Part shown: positions 18,969 through 19,965 of the stretch, piece by piece
Layout of the letters: each line of letters starts with the position of its first letter
Numbering within the stretch: the stretch's first letter is position 1
Assembly: GCF_006345805.1 (NCBI RefSeq)
Contig: NW_021824057.1
Coordinates: 1 to 19,965 of the forward strand
From: Octopus sinensis
Lineage: Eukaryota
Reading direction: 5' to 3'
DNA: 19,965 bases
Notes under the pieces: generated by a model
The model's database searches: none
What the model was told of the DNA's origin: nothing
Seen by the model: the letters and a program-made list of their open reading frames with translations, nothing else
Program-made: the position numbers and the translations under genes

Positions 18969-19635
18969 CAGGAATACTGCACCCCACATCGTTAATTGGT
19001 TCCAGGAGACACGACTTGAGTTGAATTAACTTATTCTGGGCTAGACTAGGCCGGATTTACTTGTCTCTAGGCTAAACCGATAATAACCACTCGCAGTTCA
19101 GTATTTTATTTATGAATGCATTTTCAATAATACATGGTTTAGAAAAACCTATTTTAAGCTTACAACAAATGATTTTTATTTTTTAATACAGTACAGTAAA
19201 AACAAAATGTAATCTAACTTTCCGAATACAATTTCGCGGTGTTTACTGTACATCACGGACACTCTATTTACGAATGCGGTTTGCAATAAGACATGGTAAA
19301 ATAAAAGCCTTTTTTAAGCTTAAAAACAAATTCAGTAATTATTACTATTTTGCAATAGTAAAAAAACTAAATTATTTTAAATTTACCAATAAGTACATAC
19401 AATTTGGTGGTTTACATCGCGGATGGAGATGGCTGTGGATCGTCAACATCGACAGCTGAATCTGGCTGTTCTTGTTCGATGCGTTTAAAAAATCAGTTGA
19501 GAATTCCTTGAACTGTCTTCTTCTTTTCCTCACGGATTACATTATAAGGAGCAAAAGTTTCGTGACAAGCCCCCATAATCTTGGGAAAATGTTGAGCATT
19601 TGGATTCATATCCTCGAACATAGAAAGACCTTTTT
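18969..19635 (-). mobile_element. Tigger/pogo DNA transposon 3' remnant
   Basis: Manual translation of 19633->19412 gives KGLSMFEDMNPNAQHFPKIMGACHETFAPYNVIREEKKKTVQGILN*FFKRIEQ...DDPQPSPSAM*, which is like the Tigger1-type C-terminus. TIR-like TA|CAGGAATAC...TTAATTGGTTCC at 18969. Confidence 0.7.
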
Positions 19636-19644
19636 AGATATATA

Positions 19645-19965
19645 CTCTTTACTTCTTTCAGTCATTTGACTGCGGCCATGCTGGAGCACTACCTTTAGTC
19701 GAGCAAATCGACCCTAGGACTCATTCTTTGTAAGCCTAGTACTTATTCTATCGGTCTATTTTGCCGAACCGCTAAGTTACGGTGACGTAAACACACCAGC
19801 ATCGGTTGTCAAGCAATGCTAGGGGGACAAACACAGACACACAAACATACAGGCACACACACACATATACATATATACGACGGGCTTCTTTCGGTTTCCG
19901 CATACCAAGTCCACTCACAAAGCTTTGTTCGGCCCGAGTCTATAGTAGAAGACACTTGCCCAAGG
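19645..19965 (-). mobile_element. SINE family B, cut by the window edge
   Basis: CORE-like CCTTGGGCAAGTGTCTT at the edge. Tail GTGCTCCAGCATGGCCGCAGTCAAATGACTGAAAG. Confidence 0.88.

Overview
AT-rich, microsatellite-dense, repeat-dominated animal DNA with no recognisable host protein-coding gene. The SINE and microsatellite make-up suggests an octopus or other coleoid cephalopod intron or intergenic region; this is my inference, not a database result. The long ORFs are either microsatellite artefacts or decayed transposon fragments. The transposon remnants are a 5'-truncated Penelope-like element (GIY-YIG), Tc1, two mariner, Tigger/pogo, a CR1-clade LINE RT, a Chapaev3-like MITE and many copies of three tRNA-derived SINE families (labelled A, B and C here). 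The most interesting structure is the Penelope terminal repeat (pLTR): a tRNA-like Pol III promoter, then (AAT)n, then a minimal type I hammerhead ribozyme and tail. It lies directly after the GIY-YIG ORF (83-415) and also occurs as an independent TSD-flanked copy that starts at the tRNA head (10311-10892), so it looks like a Penelope-mobilised, ribozyme-carrying SINE. Other notable items are a second, intact-looking hammerhead (9791-9825), a 22-bp minisatellite amplified from a SINE A-box, a head-to-tail SINE trimer, an inverted SINE pair and a LINE/SINE pair with a shared 3' tail. All alignments and folds were done by eye.
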